From assembly GCF_004010195.1 (NCBI RefSeq), contig NC_057749.1:15258436-15308555 (forward strand): a stretch of DNA of 50,120 nt, in the 5' to 3' direction. A model generated the notes under the pieces. It was given only the letters and a program-made list of their open reading frames with translations. It did not search any database and was not told where the DNA came from. Of this stretch, positions 49,943 through 50,120 are shown piece after piece. Source of the DNA: Chiloscyllium plagiosum (taxonomy: Eukaryota). Position 1 is the stretch's first letter. Each line of letters begins with the position of its first letter. A program made the position numbers and the translations under genes.

Positions 49943-50120
49943 TTAAAAATGTGTTGCTGGAAAAGCGCAGTAGGTCAGGCAGCATCAAAGGAACAGAGAA
50001 TCGACGTTTCGGGCATACGCCCTTCTTCAGGAATGAGGAAGGTGTGCCAAGCAGGCTAAGATAAAAGGTAGGGAGGAGGGACTTGGGGGAGGGGCGCTGG
50101 GAATACGATAGGTGGAAGGA
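49943..50120 (-). mobile_element. Penelope-like element end with an intact hammerhead motif (about 49999-50034), running off the window
   Basis: Minus strand reads AUUC-CUGAAGA-A-GGGC-GUAU-GCCC-GAAA-CG-UC-GAUU. Confidence 0.8.

Overview
Vertebrate genomic DNA, very likely from a shark or other elasmobranch given the HE1/V-SINE, HER1/CR1, Deu-domain SINE and LF-SINE-like repeats. It is repeat-dense intergenic or intronic sequence with two assembly gaps (1861-2765 and 44921-45098). I could not recognise an intact host protein-coding gene. The ORFs I could assign are decayed fragments of CR1, RTE or Penelope elements, or chance frames across SINEs and gaps. The most notable signal is a set of about 10 short Penelope-like insertions carrying minimal hammerhead-ribozyme motifs (CUGANGA-A-stem II-GAAA-CG-UC). 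Several have 14-17 bp target-site duplications (TSDs) and 82-90 bp fold-back arms whose truncation or turnaround points cluster at the ribozyme core. Other points of interest are an LTR-like non-coding element with an array of GC hairpins showing compensatory changes (about 39.6-41.6 kb), a CpG-retaining transposon-free island (about 19.1-21.9 kb), a solo LTR, a MITE, a 180-bp tandem duplication and two weak micro-exon candidates. Repeat family names come from recalled consensus features, not database searches, and many boundaries are approximate.
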